A stretch of DNA of 64,000 nt from NCBI RefSeq assembly GCF_964204645.1, contig NC_134029.1, forward strand, positions 20,826,950 through 20,890,949. Direction: 5' to 3'. This document shows positions 61,301 through 64,000 of the stretch, piece by piece (position 1 is the stretch's first letter; each line of letters begins with the position of its first letter). The notes below the pieces were generated by a model, which was not told the DNA's origin, did no database searches, and saw only the letters and a list, made by a program, of their open reading frames with translations. Both the position numbers and the translations under genes were made by a program. This DNA is from Tubulanus polymorphus. Its lineage: Eukaryota > Animalia > Nemertea.

Positions 61301-64000
61301 ATGGCTGACCAACTCGTGGATCACGGTCCTCCCAGTAAAAGACAGAAATTAACCAATAATGCATCTCCAACCCTAAATGCTAGTGACAATGCAGGTAACC
61401 ATAAAAATGTGCAGAACACTGAAATTAGTCCTCAATTTGTACGTAAACCAAGCGTTACAAATCTGATAGTCAAGCATAGAGTATTTTTCATGTTCTTTAG
61501 CTTTTTTGGTAAAATATCTTGTCAATCGAAGATTTAAAAAGTGTTATTTGTATCTTGAGTTGAAACCTTCATGTCGATGAAGCTTTTGCCTTAAAATCTA
61601 AAGTAAATTTGAAATAAATTTAAATTTATGCTATTTTGTACCTTGTAATGCCGAGAACGTATCAGTTTCATTTATTTGTGGGCTGCGTTCGTTGCTAGGA
61701 TTGAAATCCACTTCTTCAAAGCGTTCGATGATTCTTTCATTGCAGATTACCTCGGTAATTTCCTCGATGAGCTGCCGGATGAACTCATCGCCGCTCCGAC
61801 TACCGACGGCGGACAAAACGGATCGGCGCCCGAATCGAACGCGATGGTCGAGAATACATCTTCGAAACACCAGCGGTTATCGCAATTACTGGCGGGCGGT
61901 TCGTCCGTCGCGAATACGGCGGGCCTCGAACGACAAGGCTCGAATCCGATTCAAATGATACGAGAACTAAGTCCGAACGTCGCGAATAGCCTGAACAATG
62001 CCGTGAAAAGTCCGTCGTTAGCGAATAATCTGTCGCCGGCCAATGTTGGGAATACGGCGACTTCGACATCGATTCAACACAGTTTGAACAATGTAAATAA
62101 TAGTAATTTCAACAGTATAGCAAGCAGTACTCTGGATTCTATAGCAATCAGTTCGGCAATCGGAACTATGTCGATGGCTAATATGAGGCCTACAGTTACG
62201 CAGGCGCAGAATTTTTTAAATTCGAACTCTGTTGGCGGCTTGCAGCAAAACGGACCGTTAATCATCACCAATCCCGGTCGACGGCCAGTGGGACAACAAG
62301 GCAATATTTTAGTGAATTCTCTCGGCGGCCAACAACAACAACAGCAACAAATCGGCGCTGCGCCTTCGCAGAATAACGTCATGGGTCCTCCGGGGATGAA
62401 CGCGCAGTTACAGGGCCAACAACAGCAACAACTCCAGCCTCAACAATCACAGCAACAACCGCAGCAGCAGCAGCAACAACAACCGCTTGCTACAGGGGTG
62501 AGTAACTAACTTTACTCAATTTCTAATTTATATTTAATCTATTTGGATGATTTGCTGCGAATCTCGGCTTTTCGCCGAACTAAAAGCATGAAATATATTT
62601 CATTATTTCGTCCTCAAAATCTGACGAGAACCGAATAAAACGAGCAGTGCATTCTGAAATGTGGTGTAGGGAAAACGTAAAACATTAAGCGCTGGAAAAA
62701 TATAATAGTCCACTCACTTTTATAGCTTCCTGATAAAGTGCACTTACTTGATACAGTAACCTGAGTCAAGTTCCTAGAAACTGTACTCTATATATTCTGT
62801 GGTACAACTTCTCTTACACAACATGACCTACTTTGTATTCGATGATTTTTAATATGAGACTGAAATAACCGGAGTATCAATGATAATCATTAGCTCATCA
62901 TGCTTACTCATTAGCACATAAGTTACTTAACTTATCAAGTCTGGATGAAAGTAGCTTGTATGTTCGGTCTGTCTGTCTGTCTGTCACTCAGGTCTTCGGT
63001 CTAGTACTGTTAGTTTCCTGTTGTCATGGAAACCAACAAATCGGCACAGCGGCTTTTAGCCTTGAGTGTGTATAATTTTTTCAACATTACATATTTCTTA
63101 CAGCTTCTCTTAGCGTAGTAAACAGCGATGATGTTTTCTTTGTTTTTTTTTTTTGCCGGGGTTTACTTGGTACACGACGATGCATTCGTTTTTCAGGCTC
63201 CCGGCGCGACTGCTAATAACCCGATGAACCCGCCCTCGTCGACGCCGACGGCTGATCCCGAAAAACGTAAACTAATCCAGCAGCAACTGGTGTTGTTGTT
63301 GCACGCGCACAAATGTCAACGTCGAGAACAGGCGAACGGAGAGATGAAGCCGTGTTCTTTACCGCATTGTCGTACTATGAAAAACGTACTCAATCATATG
63401 ACCACATGTAACCGAGGCAAATCGTGTCCAGGTAAATGATCGCGTTCGTTTATATCTGAATTCATGTTCTTCACACGGTTTTCTACCATAGAGTGTGGTT
63501 GTTCATTGACCCGGAAATCCTCGGCGATTGGTCAGGGAATGTTTTTTCCTTGCGAAAATTTTGTAAAAAAAAAAGCGCTAAGTTGTTGCGAAATTGGTTG
63601 AGATAATTAGATTGGCGCATATAATCAAATTTTACTTTCTATGTCTCACGTGTTTCGCTGTGTTAACTGATTGAATTGTTAGCGGATAAGGTTAGGGAAA
63701 TCAACTGGGAATAGTCGAGGAGAACGCAATTCCGAAGAAAATGGCCACCCTGATATATTATCTGTACACCTTGAATCTAATCGGTGAATAATGTGATTAT
63801 TCTGTTGCAGTGGCTCATTGCGCCTCATCCAGGCAGATTATATCACATTGGAAGAACTGTACACGCAACGATTGTCCGGTTTGTTTACCGTTAAAACACG
63901 CTTCGGACCGACAGCGTCCCGGGGCGGTCGTACAACCTCAAACTCAACCGCGCCCGCAAGGACAGATGGCGCCGATCGACATTCAGCGAGCGTACAACGC
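61301..64000 (+). CDS. CREBBP: CREB-binding protein / p300 histone acetyltransferase, 5' part (runs off window)
   Basis: Exons 61301-61394, 61746-62497, 63197-63431, 63811->64000. [28 protein letters not shown] LxxLL motif, polyQ, and TAZ1 [26 protein letters not shown]...[19 protein letters not shown]...[29 protein letters not shown]. Single invertebrate CBP/p300 co-orthologue. Confidence 0.97.

Overview
Eukaryotic (intron-rich, AT-rich bilaterian invertebrate, probably lophotrochozoan; taxon is inference) genomic window with five protein-coding loci: the 3' part of SRBD1 (Tex-like S1 RNA-binding protein, +, to 5124), a complete cyclin K gene (-, 5675-9699) whose first coding intron is U12-type and carries a Harbinger-like MITE, an unrecognised 365-aa basic orphan ORF (-, 10932-12029), an adenylate cyclase 9 orthologue (+, 16456-57078) split by a 34-kb intron, and the 5' part of CBP/p300 (+, from 61301). 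The ADCY9->CBP tandem order matches the human 16p13.3 arrangement. Introns hold many small DNA-transposon derivatives, tRNA-derived SINE heads, two satellites, a near-perfect (TA)n-centred palindrome, CTCF-like and RFX X-box-like motifs, and a repeat family carrying degenerate minimal hammerhead-ribozyme cores. Exon coordinates were read by eye from splice signals plus protein similarity; nothing was computed or searched.
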